DNA of 64,000 bases, taken from the NCBI GenBank assembly GCA_963710375.1, contig CAVPZX010000005.1, forward strand, positions 352,001 to 416,000, given 5' to 3'. Positions 41,599-53,849 of the stretch are shown in pieces. A program made the translations under genes and the position numbers. The stretch comes from Nitrospirota bacterium. GTDB taxonomy: Bacteria; Nitrospirota; Thermodesulfovibrionia; Thermodesulfovibrionales; Dissulfurispiraceae. Under the pieces are notes generated by a model. It did not search any database. It was not told where the DNA came from and was given only the letters and a program-made list of their open reading frames with translations. Position 1 is the stretch's first letter. Every line of letters starts with the position of its first letter.

Positions 41599-42123
41599 TT
41601 AAGCTTTTTCCACCTGCGAGAAGGCCAATTCAACTGGTGTCTGCCTCCCGAATATGCTCACCAGAACACGCATCCTTCCGTGGTCCATATCGACTTCATC
41701 CACATAGCCGACAAAATTGCTGAACGGGCCGTCGATGATTCTTACGTTTTCACCCTTTTCATACTGACTCTTTACCATAGGGGCAGGTCCTTTTTCGATC
41801 TGCTGAAGTATAACTTCGACCTCTTCTTCAGGAAGCGGTACCGGCCTGGCCCCCCCTACAAAGCCTGTGACACGTGGAGCATTCTTGACGAGATGCCACG
41901 TATCGTCATCAAGCTCCATTTCTACAAGGATGTAACCAGGATAAAACTTCCTGTTGGTCTCCTTCTTCTTTTTCCCCTTGAGTTCGACAACCTTTTCGGT
42001 GGGGATCAGTATCCTGGTAATTTTTTCCTCAAGGGATTTCAGTTTGACTTTCTCTTCAATGGAAATCTTTACCTTTTCTTCGTAGCCCGAATATGTGTGC
42101 ACAACGTACCAGCTCTTAGCCAT
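41599..42123 (-). CDS. nusG: transcription factor NusG
   Basis: WYVVHTYSGYE, YPGYILVEM, KOW domain. Confidence 0.98.
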   Translation of the reverse strand: MAKSWYVVHTYSGYEEKVKISIEEKVKLKSLEEKITRILIPTEKVVELKGKKKKETNRKFYPGYILVEMELDDDTWHLVKNAPRVTGFVGGARPVPLPEEEVEVILQQIEKGPAPMVKSQYEKGENVRIIDGPFSNFVGYVDEVDMDHGRMRVLVSIFGRQTPVELAFSQVEKA

Positions 42124-42131
42124 CGCCCCTC

Positions 42132-42317
42132 TTACCGTATGAGTAATTTCACAATTTTAGACAGACTCAGATCGACAATACCCAGAAACACCGAGACGAT
42201 TATCACCGTAATAATAACGACCCGTGTAGAGCCCAGAAGATCGTCCCTTGATGGATAATTGACCTTCTTTGCCTCTGTTTTCACTTCTTTGAAAAAGGTT
42301 TTCAACTTGTCCAGCAT
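42132..42317 (-). CDS. secE: preprotein translocase SecE
   Basis: EAKKVNYP plus TM helix; synteny. Confidence 0.95.
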   Translation of the reverse strand: MLDKLKTFFKEVKTEAKKVNYPSRDDLLGSTRVVIITVIIVSVFLGIVDLSLSKIVKLLIR

Positions 42318-42336
42318 TCCGTCTCCTTAAATTGCA

Positions 42337-42408
42337 AAGTTAAGGTTGAGGTTCAGGTTAAGAATTTAGATGCTTTAAAATCTTAGCCTCAACCTTAGAC
42401 TTAACCTG
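42337..42408. repeat. inverted short-tandem-repeat hairpin, unit AGGTTR
   Basis: AAGTTAAGGTTGAGGTTCAGGTTAAG ... CTTAGCCTCAACCTTAGACTTAACCTG. Confidence 0.85.
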
Positions 42409-42415
42409 CCTATTA

Positions 42416-42491
42416 TGGCAGGCCAGGAGGGATTTGAACCCCCAGCCCTCGGATTTGGAGTCCGATGCTCTGCCGTTAGAGCTACTGGCCT
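42416..42491 (-). tRNA. tRNA-Trp(CCA)
   Basis: Cloverleaf on minus strand, anticodon CCA, CCA end; canonical position before secE. Confidence 0.96.
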
Positions 42492-42495
42492 ATCC

Positions 42496-42648
42496 TTATG
42501 CTTTTGTCTCCTTATGCACGCTATGCTTTCTGCAATGCCTGCAATATTTCTTGAGCTGGAGTTTCTCGGTTGTATTCTTCTTGTTCTTCATGTTGGAATA
42601 ATTTTTATTTTTGCACTCAGTGCACTGAAACAGGATTATATCTCTCAT
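42496..42648 (-). CDS. rpmG: 50S ribosomal protein L33 (not in ORF track)
   Basis: Manual translation [50 protein letters not shown]. Confidence 0.96.
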   Translation of the reverse strand: MRDIILFQCTECKNKNYSNMKNKKNTTEKLQLKKYCRHCRKHSVHKETKA

Positions 42649-42651
42649 GGG

Positions 42652-43851
42652 TTACTCCAGTATTTCCGTAACAACACCGGCGCCAACTGTCCTGCCGCCC
42701 TCGCGTATGGCAAACCGCAGTTCCTTCTCCATCGCTATGGGCGCTATCATCTCTACCGATATCGTTACATTGTCGCCAGGCATTACCATCTCTATCCCCT
42801 CAGGCAACGTCGCCACCCCTGTCACGTCCGTTGTCCTGAAATAGAACTGCGGACGATATCCGTTGAAAAACGGGGTGTGTCTGCCCCCCTCTTCCTTCGT
42901 CAGTATGTACGCCTCTGCCTTGAACTTCGTGTGCGGGGTTATACTGCCCGGCTTTGCCAGCACCATGCCCCTCTCCACTTCGTCCTTCCCTGTTCCCCTG
43001 AGCAGTACCCCTATATTGTCTCCGGCACGCCCTTCATCCAGCAGCTTCCTGAACATCTCCACCCCGGTAGCCACTGTCTTCCTCGTCTCCCTCAACCCCA
43101 CTATCTCTACTTCCTCTCCTACCTTCACTATCCCGCGCTCTACCCTTCCTGTCACTACCGTGCCCCTTCCAGATATCGAAAATACATCCTCTATCGGCAT
43201 GATGAACGGCTTGTCCACAGGCCGCTCTGGCGTCGGTATGTAACTGTCAACAGCATCGCCAAGCTCAAGTATGCACTTGTACTCAGGCGCATTGGGATCA
43301 TTGCTCGGGCTCTCCATCGCCTTCAGCGCGCTGCCCCTTATTATAGGTATCTCATTGCCCGGAAATCCGTACTTCACCAACAACTCCCTTACTTCAAGCT
43401 CCACCAGGTCCAATAGCTCAGGGTCATCCACCATGTCCACTTTATTCATAAATACCACCATGTACGGCACCCCTACCTGACGCGCCAGCAGTATGTGCTC
43501 CCTTGTCTGCGGCATCGGCCCGTCCGCTGCGCTCACTACCAATATCGCGCCGTCCATCTGCGCTGCACCGGTGATCATGTTCTTTACATAGTCGGCATGC
43601 CCCGGACAGTCTACATGTGCATAGTGACGCTTCTCTGTCTCGTACTCCACATGCGCTGTCGCTATCGTTATACCACGAGCCTTCTCTTCAGGCGCGTTGT
43701 CTATCTGATCATATGCCTTGTACTGTGCCAGGCCCTTCATCGCTAATACCTTGGTTATCGCCGCCGTCAATGTCGTCTTGCCATGGTCAACATGCCCTAT
43801 CGTCCCCACGTTCGCGTGCGGCTTTACCCTCTCAAATTTCGCCTTAGCCAT
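42652..43851 (-). CDS. tuf: elongation factor Tu
   Basis: [21 protein letters not shown]. Confidence 0.99.
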   Translation of the reverse strand: MAKAKFERVKPHANVGTIGHVDHGKTTLTAAITKVLAMKGLAQYKAYDQIDNAPEEKARGITIATAHVEYETEKRHYAHVDCPGHADYVKNMITGAAQMDGAILVVSAADGPMPQTREHILLARQVGVPYMVVFMNKVDMVDDPELLDLVELEVRELLVKYGFPGNEIPIIRGSALKAMESPSNDPNAPEYKCILELGDAVDSYIPTPERPVDKPFIMPIEDVFSISGRGTVVTGRVERGIVKVGEEVEIVGLRETRKTVATGVEMFRKLLDEGRAGDNIGVLLRGTGKDEVERGMVLAKPGSITPHTKFKAEAYILTKEEGGRHTPFFNGYRPQFYFRTTDVTGVATLPEGIEMVMPGDNVTISVEMIAPIAMEKELRFAIREGGRTVGAGVVTEILE

Positions 43852-43894
43852 ATCTCTCCCCCCTCAGTAAATTAGGAATTCGTAATCATCTCAA

Positions 43895-43967
43895 AGCCCA
43901 TGATCGGAATCGAACCGATGACCTCATCCTTACCAAGGATGTGCTCTGCCGACTGAGCTACATGGGC
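43895..43967 (-). tRNA. tRNA-Thr(GGT)
   Basis: Cloverleaf, anticodon GGT. Confidence 0.95.
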
Positions 43968-43970
43968 AAG

Positions 43971-44042
43971 AGCGGGAAACGGGATTCGAACCCGCGACCC
44001 TCAGCTTGGAAGGCTGACGCTCTACCGCTGAGCTACTCCCGC
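43971..44042 (-). tRNA. tRNA-Gly(TCC)
   Basis: Cloverleaf, anticodon TCC. Confidence 0.95.
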
Positions 44043-44154
44043 AATCAGCAAATGTATAGTATAAACTAAAAAAGAGATTAATGCTATAGCCGTCTATACT
44101 ATTCATGCTGTTCCGGAAAACCATGCCGCCCCATTTGTCAGCCCCATTAGCTTA

Positions 44155-44239
<85 letters not shown>

Positions 44240-44246
44240 TGAAAAT

Positions 44247-44321
44247 CAGGTTAAGGTTAAGGCAAGCGAAGAAAAAAGTTCTTAATGTTTTTTACTTAAC
44301 CTTAACCTCAACCTTAACCTG
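44247..44321. repeat. inverted short-tandem-repeat hairpin, unit AGGTTA, between tRNAs
   Basis: CAGGTTAAGGTTAAGG ... CTTAACCTTAACCTCAACCTTAACCTG. Confidence 0.85.
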
Positions 44322-44331
44322 TCTTTTACAA

Positions 44332-44404
<73 letters not shown>

Positions 44405-44525
44405 TTGAACTTTTTAATATAGGGTAAATATTATAATATTGTCAATCCCATTTTTGCAACATATCTCAACAAGAATTGACTTTTAATCAGCCGATTAATT
44501 AAAGTAAGAACTTCGGTTCATTATA

Positions 44526-44600
<75 letters not shown>

Positions 44601-44603
44601 TTT

Positions 44604-44677
<74 letters not shown>

Positions 44678-44740
44678 CTTGGAAGCTTTATCGCGGACAC
44701 AGAATAATCGAGCATTTTCGTTTAACGCTGTGCGCGTTAT

Positions 44741-44817
44741 GGTGGGCGTAGTTCAATGGTTAGAGCACTGGATTGTGGATCCAGACGTTGGGGGTTCGAG
44801 TCCCCTCGCCCACCCCA
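44741..44817 (+). tRNA. tRNA-His(GTG)
   Basis: G-1, CTGGA-TT-GTG-GA-TCCAG, CCA end. Confidence 0.95.
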
Positions 44818-44866
44818 TTTGCAACCCTCAGCAAGACAATATCAGCTATGGTTATTTCTTTGCGCA

Positions 44867-46275
44867 TTAACGTTTTGATAGCTCATCAGCAGCTACTATC
44901 CATCCTCCTCCCATCGCCTTGTACAGGTTTACTAATGACTGGAAAAGTGTTCCCTGGGTCTGTGTGTAGTTAAGTTCGGCGCTGAACAGGCTCCGCTCGG
45001 CGTCCAGCACCTCGATGTAGCTCGTGTATCCGTTATCGTAACGGAGCCTTGCCACCCGGGCATAGGTGCGCAGGGCCTCCACCTGCCGCGTAGGCTTCAA
45101 GCTGCTCCCGGGTGCGGTGTTGGTCTGCGAGGGAGTCCTCCACATCCCGGAAGGCATTCTGAATCGTCTGTTGGTACTGCAAGAGGGCTTCCTTCTGAAT
45201 CGCCTCTGCCTCTTTGACCTGACCTGCAATGGCGCCTCCTGTAAAGATCGGGGCGGTGAGAGGAACGGACCAGTTCCATATGCGCGCCGGGCCGGAGAAG
45301 AGAGACGATAGTTTTATGCTCTCATAACCGAACATGCCGGTTAAGGAGATATCAGGAAAGTACTGGGCCCGGGCGACCCCGATTTGTGCGTTGGCGGAGA
45401 TGAGGTTTTGCTCTGCCTGGCGTATATCAGGGCGCTGTGCGAGCAAGTCTGACGGGAGTCCTGCCGGGATGTCCGGCATTCCAAGTCATCTATCGATTTG
45501 CCCCTTGGAATGGGACCAGGATTGCGGCCAAGGAGCACGCACAGGGCGTTTTCCTGCTGTGCAATACTCTTTTCCAGGGGTGGGATGGTCGCAAGTACCT
45601 GTTCGAGATCGGACTTGGCCTGGCTCAGTTCCAGTTCTGAAACGTACCCTGCTTTGAAGCGGATATTGAATATATGGTATGTTTCTTCGCGAATTTTTGC
45701 GGTCTGCCGGGCAATATCCAGTTGCCGGTCAAGGTCGCGAAGGTTTACATATGCGTCGGCAACAGAGGTGACGAGGGACAGGATAACGCTCTTCCTCCCC
45801 TCCTCGGTGCTGAGGAGAGCGGCGCGGGCCGCCTCTGTTGCATAACGCAGTTTGCCCCACAGGTCGATTTCCCAACTGGCTGATAAGGACGCCTGGTACT
45901 GATAGAATGGATTCGGGGTCCCGGCTGGAAGGGGTTCCTGCCCAAGTTCGGTAGTGCGTTCTCTTTCCGTGCCGGCATTTGCGACAACCTGCGGAAAGAG
46001 GGCGGCGCGCGTGACGGCATATTTTCCGATGAATTCATCCAGCCGTGCCGCGGCGATTTTGAGGTCCTTGTTTTCCCGAAGGGCTGTACCGATCAGTTCG
46101 TTTAGTACAGGGTCCTTGAACTGTTGCCACCAGGCGGTGTTGACTATATCTTTTGCCTCTTTCTCCCCGAAACGCCATGATTGCGGTGTCTCAACCGAGG
46201 GCGTTTATACTCGGTGCCGGCCATGCAGCCGCACAGAGTCAGGACAAGCAGCGCTGTTGCCGCGATTCTGCGCAT
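44867..46275 (-). pseudogene. efflux outer membrane factor, multiply frameshifted
   Basis: Fragments LLAQRPDIRQAE and YKAMGGGW lie in different frames. Confidence 0.8.
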
Positions 46276-46314
46276 GTCACTCTTCTCCTGCCCGGAGGAG
46301 TAGTATGCCCGCGA

Positions 46315-49300
46315 TTACATTTTTACTTTTTCTCTAGCCGTCTTGTCCTGCGATGTACTTTTATTCCTGCCTCTGCCGAGCTTCTCGATGACATAGTACA
46401 TCATCGGGATCAGGAATATGGCGATGCAGGTCGCCGCGAGCATGCCGCCGATGACGCCGGTGCCCATCACCCTGCGGGCGATGGCGCCGGAGCCGCTGGC
46501 GATTGCGAGCGGCAAGCAGCCAAGAATAAATGCGAAGGAGGTCATCAGGATCGGCCGCAGCCGCAGCCGTGCGCCGGTAAGCGCCGCGTCTTTCAGGTCC
46601 TGGCCTTTTTCGTATTCGTCTTTGGCAAATTCGACGATCAGAATGGCGTTCTTCGCCGCCAGGCCGATAAGCACGATGAGGCCGATCTGGGCATAGATAT
46701 TGAACTCCATCCCGCGGACCCAGAGTGCCGCAAACGCGCCGAAGACAGCGATGGGCGTGCTGAGCAGAACGCTGAAGGGCAGCGACCAGCTCTCGTAGAG
46801 GGCCGCAAGGATCAGGAACACGAAGAGCAGTGAGAGCGCGAAGATGGCTGCGGGCGGCACGCCCTGCTGCGCCTGTTTCTCCTGGAACGACATGCCGAGG
46901 TAATCGAAGCCCATGTCGGACGGCATGGTCTGGGCAAAGACCTCTTCCAGAGCCTTCATCGCCTGCGCCGAACTGTAGCCGGGTGCGGCCGTGGCATTGA
47001 TCTGGGCCGACCGGTAGAGGTTGTACCGCATGGTGAACTCCGGGCCCGTCGCGCGGCTCGACGTGCGTCACCGCCGCGAGCGGCACAGGGTCGCCGTTGG
47101 AGTTGCGCACGTAGAACTGGCCCAACTGCTTGACGTCGGTCCGGTAGTCGCCCTCGGCCTCCACGTACACCTGCCACTGCCTGCCGAAACGGTTGAAGTA
47201 GTTTACGAATGCCCGCCCATGAAGGCCTGGAGCGTGCCATACACCTGGCCGAGGTCCACCCCCTCGCTCAGCACCTTGTCGCGGTCCACATCCACGAAAT
47301 ACTGCGGCACACTTGGTAGAATGGTCGTAGCTTACCCGCGCCAGTTCCGGCCGCTTTTGGGCCGCGGCAATGAACTTCTGCGTATTGTCCGCCAGGAAAC
47401 CGATGTCCTTGCCGGCGCGGTCTTCGAGAATGAATGTCACGCCCCGCAGGTGCCGACCCCCTGGATGGCCGGCGGGGAGAATGCGAAGGCGTTCCCCTGC
47501 GGCAGTTGGCCCAGTTCGCGGTTAAGGCGGGCCATGATGGCCGGGGCCTTCTCCTCCGGACTTTTCCGCTCGTCCCATTCCTTGAGACTGATGAAGAAGA
47601 AGCCGCTGTAGGTGTTCCGCACATAGCTCAGGAGGTTGAAGCCGATGACCGTGGTACAGTACTCAACGCCGGGGGTGTTCAAGATAATCCGCTCCGCCTC
47701 GCGGGTGGCCTCGGCGGTGCGCTGGAGCGATGCGGCATTGGGCAGTTGAATGACGGCGTAAAGGTAGCCCTGGTCCTCCTCGGGCAGAAAACCGCCGGGA
47801 CCCGCCTGCCGAGCAAGCCGATACCCAGAGCTGCCACCAGGAGAATGGCGAACCCGATCACGGCCTTGCGGATGACAATGCCGGACAAGCTTACGTAACC
47901 TCGGTAGTACGTTTGAACATCCGGTTGAACCAGCTGTAAAACCAGCCCAACGGACCGCCCGTTTCCTTCTTCGGGCGGAGCAGGACGAGCAAAGCGCGGG
48001 ACTGAGCGTCAGGGCGTTGAAGGCGGACAGGAGCACCGAGATGGCGATGGTGACGGCAAACTGTGGTAGAGCCGCCCGGTGATGCCGGGAATGAAAACGG
48101 TCGGGAGAAATACGGACGCCAGGACGAGCGCGATGGCCGTGACCGGGCCGGCAACCTCCTCCATGGCCTTGAGGGCCGCTTCCTTCGGCGTCAGTCCTTC
48201 CTCGATATGGCGTTCCACTGCCTCAACCACGACGATGGCGTCGTCCACGACGAGTCCGATTGCCACGACCATCCCCATGAGGGCAATCGGGTTGATGGAG
48301 AAGCCGAGGAGGGGAAAAAAGGCGAAGGTGCCGATGAGCGAGACCGGCACGGCGATCGCTGGAATGAGCGTGGCCCGCCAACCCTGGAGGAAGACGAACA
48401 CCACGATGATCACCAGGACCATCGCAATAAAGAGGGTCACGACGATCTCCTTAATCCCTGCGGTGACGGGGAGGGTGGTGTCGAGCGCGATGTCGTAATC
48501 CAGGTCGGCCGGAAAGGACTCCTTGAGCTTGGCCATCACTTTCTTGGCGCCGTCTGCCGCCTCCAGGGCGTTCGTGCCGGGCAGTTGGTAAAGCGCGAGG
48601 ATCCCTGACGGCTTGCCGTTGAAGCGCCCCTGAATGTTGTAGTCCTGGGCGCCCAACTCGATGCGGGCGACGTCCTTCAGGCGCACCAGGGAGCCGTCAG
48701 GGTTGGCGCGCAGGACGATCCGGCCGAACTCCTCGGGGGTCACAAGCCGCCCCTGCGCCCGGATCGCGTAGGTGAATTCCTGGCCCGGCGGGATGGGCTC
48801 GCCGCCGACCTGTCCGGCGGGGTTCACCGTGTTTTGCTTCTGAAGCGCGTCGACGATCTCGGGAACGGTGATATTGAGCTTGGCCAGCAGGTCCGGGCGC
48901 ACCCAGCAGCGCATGGCGTACTGGCCGGCGCCGAAGACCGTGACACTGGCGATCCCCCTCACCCGCGTCAGCTGGTCGTTTAAGTGGATATAGGCGTAGT
49001 TGGCCAGGAAGGTGGCGTCGTAGGTCCCTTTGGGCGAATAGAGGGCGAAGAGCATGAGCGGCGCGGAAAGAGCTTTCTGGACCGTCACCCCGTAGTTGCG
49101 CACGTCGATCGGGAAGCTGCGATTCCGCCTGGGACTCGCGCAGTTGGGCGAGCACCTGGTCGGTATTCGGGTCGGTCTTCACGTCGAAGTTCACGGTCAT
49201 CCGCATCAACCCGTTGTTGGGGTTGAGGGAATACATGTAGTTCATGTTGTCCACGCCGCTCATCTGCTGCTCGATAGGCGTGGCCACGGACTGCTCGATC

Positions 49301-49466
49301 GTCAGGGCGTCGGCGCCCACATAAGTGGCCTGAACGAGGATTTCGGGGGGACGATATTGGGATACTGCGCCACCGGCAGCCCTGACATTGCGACCAGGCC
49401 GACGATGACTGTGATGATCGCGATGACCATCGCCACGATGGGGCGTCTGATGAAGAAGCGGTACAT
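46315..49466 (-). pseudogene. AcrB-family RND permease, multiply frameshifted
   Basis: [26 protein letters not shown] and RLRPILMTS spread over at least five ORF fragments; GC-rich. Confidence 0.85.
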
Positions 49467-49471
49467 GACGG

Positions 49472-50656
49472 TCTACTGCCCTGCAGCCGGGGGCCGGCGC
49501 GCAGGTGAGGTTTCCTGATCGGGTGGAACTCCCGGGGACGAATGGCTTTGCGGTTACGGCAATGCCCTGTTTCACCTTCTGTACCCCTTCGACCACGACC
49601 CGCTCTCCAGGCTTCAAGCCCTCGTCGATCATCCAGAGCGGGCCTACGATGTCCCCTGCCTTGACCGTCCGGATATCTATCCGGTTGTCAGCTCCCACGA
49701 CTGCCACCTGGTAGCTCCCCTGCAGTTCCGTCACAGCCCGCTGAGGCACGAGCAGGGCCCCCTTTTTAGTTCCGACCAATACACGGACACTTACGAACTG
49801 TCCGGGACGGAGCAGATTGGCCGGATTCGGAAAGAGTCCGCAACCCGGAGCGTCCCTGTTCTTACGTCCACCTCACGGTCAAAGGCGTAGAATGTGCCTT
49901 TGTATGGATAGAGAGACCCGTCCGCCAGGATAAGTTCCAACTTCAGCTTTCTTGCATGTTCGAGACCGCGGCCTCTGACGAGAACTGTTTCATGAAGTCG
50001 ATATAGGCCTGTTCGTTGATTGTGTAGTACACCTTGATCGGGTTGATCGTCGAAACTGTTGTCAGTTCGCCGGCCTGGGCCGGTCCAACCAGGTCTCCCG
50101 ACCTGGGCCCTGGCGAGGCCGGCCATGCCATCGATGAGGGAGGTGATTTTCGTGAAGCTGAGATCGAGCCTGGCCTTCTCAACCGCTGCCCTGGCTGCGG
50201 TAACTGCGGCCAGGGCTGACTGCTCTGCTCCGATAGCGTCGTCCAGGTCCTTCTTGCTCAGTGCGTTCTGTTCAGCGAGAGGTCTGATCCGGTCAAGATT
50301 GCCCTGGCATTCTTATACTGTGCTTCCTGCTGCGCCAGGTCTCCCATTGTCTGGTCCAAAGCAGCCTGGAAAGGCCGCGGGTCGATCTCGAACAGCACCT
50401 GTCCCTTCTTCACTAAATCACCTTCCTTATAGTACTGCCTGATAAGGTAGCCCGTGACCTGTGCCCTTATAGTGGCGTTGACCATGCCGTCGGTGGTGCC
50501 GACCCATTCGTGCTGGATAGGGACGTCTTTTTGAATGACCTCCATGACTTCCACAACCGGAGGCTGAGGCGGGGGTTTCTGCTCTTTCTTGCATCCTGCC
50601 AGAAAGATGGAAACAGAACAGAAGATAATGATGATTCTAAAAAGTGCCGGACTCAT
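49472..50656 (-). pseudogene. RND membrane fusion protein, multiply frameshifted
   Basis: LAGC lipobox, IRAQVTG, LLVPQRAV, GLKPGERVV in separate frames. Confidence 0.8.
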
Positions 50657-50789
50657 TAGGTCATCCCCTATTAAATATTTTTACAGTAACAATTATAACA
50701 GATTATTGATTGATAATCAGGCATAAAAATTCTATTGTTATTTCAAATCTGACGACGTTGTAAAAAGTCTGGGAAAGCGTTTTTTCGCC

Positions 50790-50809
50790 ATTCCCGTGAA
50801 AACGGGAAT
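50790..50809. repeat. ATTCCC-N8-GGGAAT palindrome (REP/dRS3-like)
   Basis: ATTCCCGTGAAAACGGGAAT followed by CCAG. Confidence 0.55.
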
Positions 50810-50947
50810 CCAGCCTCCCTTCAATCAGAAAAAACCGCACTAAAATAATCACGGCGGTAGCTTAGCGTGTTGATAATAACGCCAAAACTTGCTAATAAGC
50901 CCATCATACAGTATACTTATTGTAGATACAATATAGGAGGTAGAAAT

Positions 50948-51193
50948 ATGACCACAAAGATACAGCAGTGGGGAAATAGTCTGGCTTTGAGAATTCCGAA
51001 GGCATTTGCGGTGGAAGCAAATCTTCACAAGGGAGCGATTGTTGATGTTTCGGAAGAAGGCGGCAAAATCATCCTTACACCCGTTAAGAAGAAAAGGAAA
51101 TTCACTTTAGAAGGTTTATTGTCGGGGGTAACAAAGGAGAATATCCATGGCGAGATTAGCACCGGGAAGAGGGTGGGTAAGGAAATATGGTAA
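50948..51193 (+). CDS. mazE: AbrB/MazE antitoxin
   Basis: KIQQWGNSLALRIP; RBS AGGAGG. Confidence 0.92.
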   Translation: MTTKIQQWGNSLALRIPKAFAVEANLHKGAIVDVSEEGGKIILTPVKKKRKFTLEGLLSGVTKENIHGEISTGKRVGKEIW

Positions 51194-51533
51194 AACAGAA
51201 GGATTTTATTCCGGACCGGGGGCATATCGTTTGGATAGACTTTGACCCGCAGTCCGGACATGAGCAAGCAGGCAGGAGACCCGCCCTTGTGGTATCGCCG
51301 GCCGCCTACAACGAGAAAATCGGCTTGGCTTTATTGTGTCCTATAACGAGACGGGTGAAAGGTTATCCTTTTGAGGTTGGAATTCCAAAAGGGTTAGAGT
51401 GTATCCGGTGTAATTCTCGCAGACCAGATAAAAAGTCTTGATTGGAAGAGTCGGAACACAGAGTTGTAGTTGCAATGCGCCTCACGAGGTTGTCAATCTT
51501 GTCCTGGAGAAACTGGCTACGCTCTTGTCGTAA
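51187..51533 (+). pseudogene. mazF: MazF/PemK toxin, frameshifted
   Basis: PDRGHIVW, GHEQAGRRPALV, CPIT; ILADQIKSLDW continues in another frame after about 51396. Confidence 0.85.
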
Positions 51534-51658
51534 CGCCGGCTCAGTTCTCAATCCATGCAGTCTCAATTCTTGACAGACAGAGGAACGAGGCAGAGTCGGG
51601 CCATCCTTTGCTACAAATAGGGCACAGTCTCATGTTACAATAATTGCAGACCTTTTAT

Positions 51659-51732
51659 GCGCCTGTAGCTCAGTGGATTAGAGCATCGGCCTCCGAAGCC
51701 GAGGGTCAGAGGTTCGAATCCTCCCAGGCGCG
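51659..51732 (+). tRNA. tRNA-Arg(CCG)
   Basis: Cloverleaf, TCGGC-CT-CCG-AA-GCCGA. Confidence 0.94.
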
Positions 51733-52947
51733 TTATACATTCTCCAGAATGTGGCCCATCTTTTTCTTTTTGGTCTGCAGGTAAATTATATTTCTGTCGT
51801 GCGGCTGGACTTCTGCGGGTACCCGTTCGACGATTTTAATCCCATAGCCCTCGAGTCCGACAATCTTCTTTGGGTTGTTTGTTATCAGCCGCATCTTCTT
51901 AATCCCGAGGTCTACCAGTATCTGGGCGCCGACGCCGTAGTCTCTCAGGTCAGCCTTAAACCCGAGTTTGAGGTTGGCCTCGACCGTATCAAGGCCCTTG
52001 TCCTGAAGTTCGTAAGCAAGGAGCTTGTTTGCGAGCCCTATCCCCCTGCCTTCCTGTCTCATGTAAAGGATGACCCCTTTGCCCTCTTTCCTGATAATTT
52101 CCATCGCTTTTTGCAACTGATCGCCGCAATCACACCGCTTTGAACCGAACACATCGCCGGTAAGGCACTCGGAGTGCACCCTCACCAGCACTTTGTCCTC
52201 AGGTGTGAACTCCCCCTTGACCAGCGCGATATTAATATTGCTGTCAACGTCATTAGCATAGGCAATAGCTGTGAAATCCCCGCCGTGCTTCGTAGGCATC
52301 TGGACAGTGGCTATCCTTCTGACGAAACGCTCGGCACGCATCCGGTACTGTATAAGATCTTTTACCGTGATCAGCTTTAATTTATGCTGTTTTGCGAATT
52401 CCATTAATTGCGGCATTCTGGCCATGCTTCCGTCATCGTTCATAATCTCGCAGATAACGCCTGAGGGGTTAAGGCCGGCCAGCTTTGCAAGGTCAACCGA
52501 CCCTTCCGTTTGTCCGGCCCGCTGCAAAACCCCCCCTGGCTTCGCCCTCAGCGGGAAGACATGACCGGGCTTTGCAATGTCTTCCGGCCTGGTCTTGGGA
52601 TCAATAGCAGTCAGGATTGTAACAGCGCGGTCATGGGCTGAGATTCCGGTAGAAACACCTTTTTTTGCCTCTATGGATACGGTAAACGCAGTTCCGAAGG
52701 AAGAAGTATTGTTTTCGGTCATCATGCGAAGTTTAAGGTCGTCGACTCTCTGCGGGGTAAGCGAGAGACAAATAAGCCCTCTGCCGTATCTTGCCATAAA
52801 ATTAATGGCTTCGGGAGTGACCTTTTCAGCAGCCATGCAAAGGTCTCCCTCGTTTTCTCGATCCTCATCATCCACCAGGATGACCATCCTGCCTTTTGCT
52901 ATATCCTCAAGGGCTTCCTCTATAGTGTTGATTTTACCTTTCTCCAC
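51733..52947 (-). CDS. ribBA: bifunctional DHBP synthase/GTP cyclohydrolase II
   Basis: [29 protein letters not shown]. Confidence 0.97.
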   Translation of the reverse strand: MEKGKINTIEEALEDIAKGRMVILVDDEDRENEGDLCMAAEKVTPEAINFMARYGRGLICLSLTPQRVDDLKLRMMTENNTSSFGTAFTVSIEAKKGVSTGISAHDRAVTILTAIDPKTRPEDIAKPGHVFPLRAKPGGVLQRAGQTEGSVDLAKLAGLNPSGVICEIMNDDGSMARMPQLMEFAKQHKLKLITVKDLIQYRMRAERFVRRIATVQMPTKHGGDFTAIAYANDVDSNINIALVKGEFTPEDKVLVRVHSECLTGDVFGSKRCDCGDQLQKAMEIIRKEGKGVILYMRQEGRGIGLANKLLAYELQDKGLDTVEANLKLGFKADLRDYGVGAQILVDLGIKKMRLITNNPKKIVGLEGYGIKIVERVPAEVQPHDRNIIYLQTKKKKMGHILENV

Positions 52948-53029
52948 TGACAGACCTCCATATCACGCATCATATATTTGGAAAGTATATTCCAGTATAA
53001 CAGAAAGAGAAACTGCCTTTCCATGAGGG

Positions 53030-53105
53030 GGTAAAGGTTAAGGTTGAGGTTGAGGGAAAGCTTTTTTTGTTAGCTGTTTCTTAACCTTAACCTTAACCTC
53101 TACCT
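53030..53105. repeat. inverted short-tandem-repeat hairpin, unit AGGTTR
   Basis: GGTAAAGGTTAAGGTTGAGGTTGAG ... CTTAACCTTAACCTTAACCTCTACC. Confidence 0.9.
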
Positions 53106-53111
53106 ATCTTC

Positions 53112-53747
53112 CTAGACAAACCCTGACTGTTTCAGGGCTGAAAGAAGCGAGGAACTGCTATCCGGCCGGACAAATTTCTCAACATATTTTGCAAGAATGT
53201 CTGGCTCCAGATTAACCGTATTGCCTGCTGCTTTAAATCCCAGTGTCGTCAATGTTGCTGTATGGGGTATGATTACTACGCAGAAGGCATCTTTTGATAC
53301 ATCAACAACAGTCAGGCTTATGCCGTCCACCGCAACCGAGCCTTTCTCGACAAGATATTTTAAGATATCAGCCGGGGCTTCTATTACTATCCTCACCGCA
53401 TTCCCAGAGACCGTTTTTGAGCGTATTTTGCCGGTACCGTCGATATGGCCGGTGACGAAGTGCCCGCCCATTTTCGAGCTCGGTTTTAACGACGGCTCCA
53501 GGTTTACACGTTCACCCTTTTTCAGACTTTCAAGGTTGGTGCTCTTTAACGTCTCATATGAAACATCAAAGTAAAGAATGTTTTTATCGATGGCAGTAAC
53601 TGTAAGGCATATGCCGTTGACCGAAATACTATCGCCAATAGCGGTATCAGAGACTATCTCCCCTGCCTTGACTGAAAGTCTTGCGCTCCCGGCCTTTTTT
53701 TCGAGGGATGCAATCTCACCTAATTCTATGATCAATCCGGTAAACAT
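53112..53747 (-). CDS. ribE: riboflavin synthase
   Basis: MFTGLI, GDSISVNGICLTV, GHFVTGHID. Confidence 0.96.
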   Translation of the reverse strand: MFTGLIIELGEIASLEKKAGSARLSVKAGEIVSDTAIGDSISVNGICLTVTAIDKNILYFDVSYETLKSTNLESLKKGERVNLEPSLKPSSKMGGHFVTGHIDGTGKIRSKTVSGNAVRIVIEAPADILKYLVEKGSVAVDGISLTVVDVSKDAFCVVIIPHTATLTTLGFKAAGNTVNLEPDILAKYVEKFVRPDSSSSLLSALKQSGFV

Positions 53748-53756
53748 ATCTTATAA

Positions 53757-53848
53757 AATTTTGAATGTTGAATTTTAAATTTTGAATTGTGGAAGAAAAA
53801 ATTGCTTCACTTCATTAATTCAAAACTCAGCATTCAAAATTCAAAATT
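53757..53848. repeat. inverted short-tandem-repeat hairpin, 7-bp unit TTGAATK
   Basis: AATTTTGAATGTTGAATTTTAAATTTTGAATT ... AATTCAAAACTCAGCATTCAAAATTCAAAATT. Confidence 0.85.
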
Positions 53849-53849
53849 G

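Noticed and set aside
42415..43416. 333-aa plus-strand ORF
   Set aside because: Antisense shadow of tuf, rpmG and tRNA-Trp.
44046..44110. Imperfect hairpin between tRNA-Tyr and tRNA-Gly
   Set aside because: Too degenerate to assign to the repeat family or to an ncRNA.
48697..49779. 360-aa MFP-RND fusion ORF
   Set aside because: Chimera created by frameshifts across two genes.
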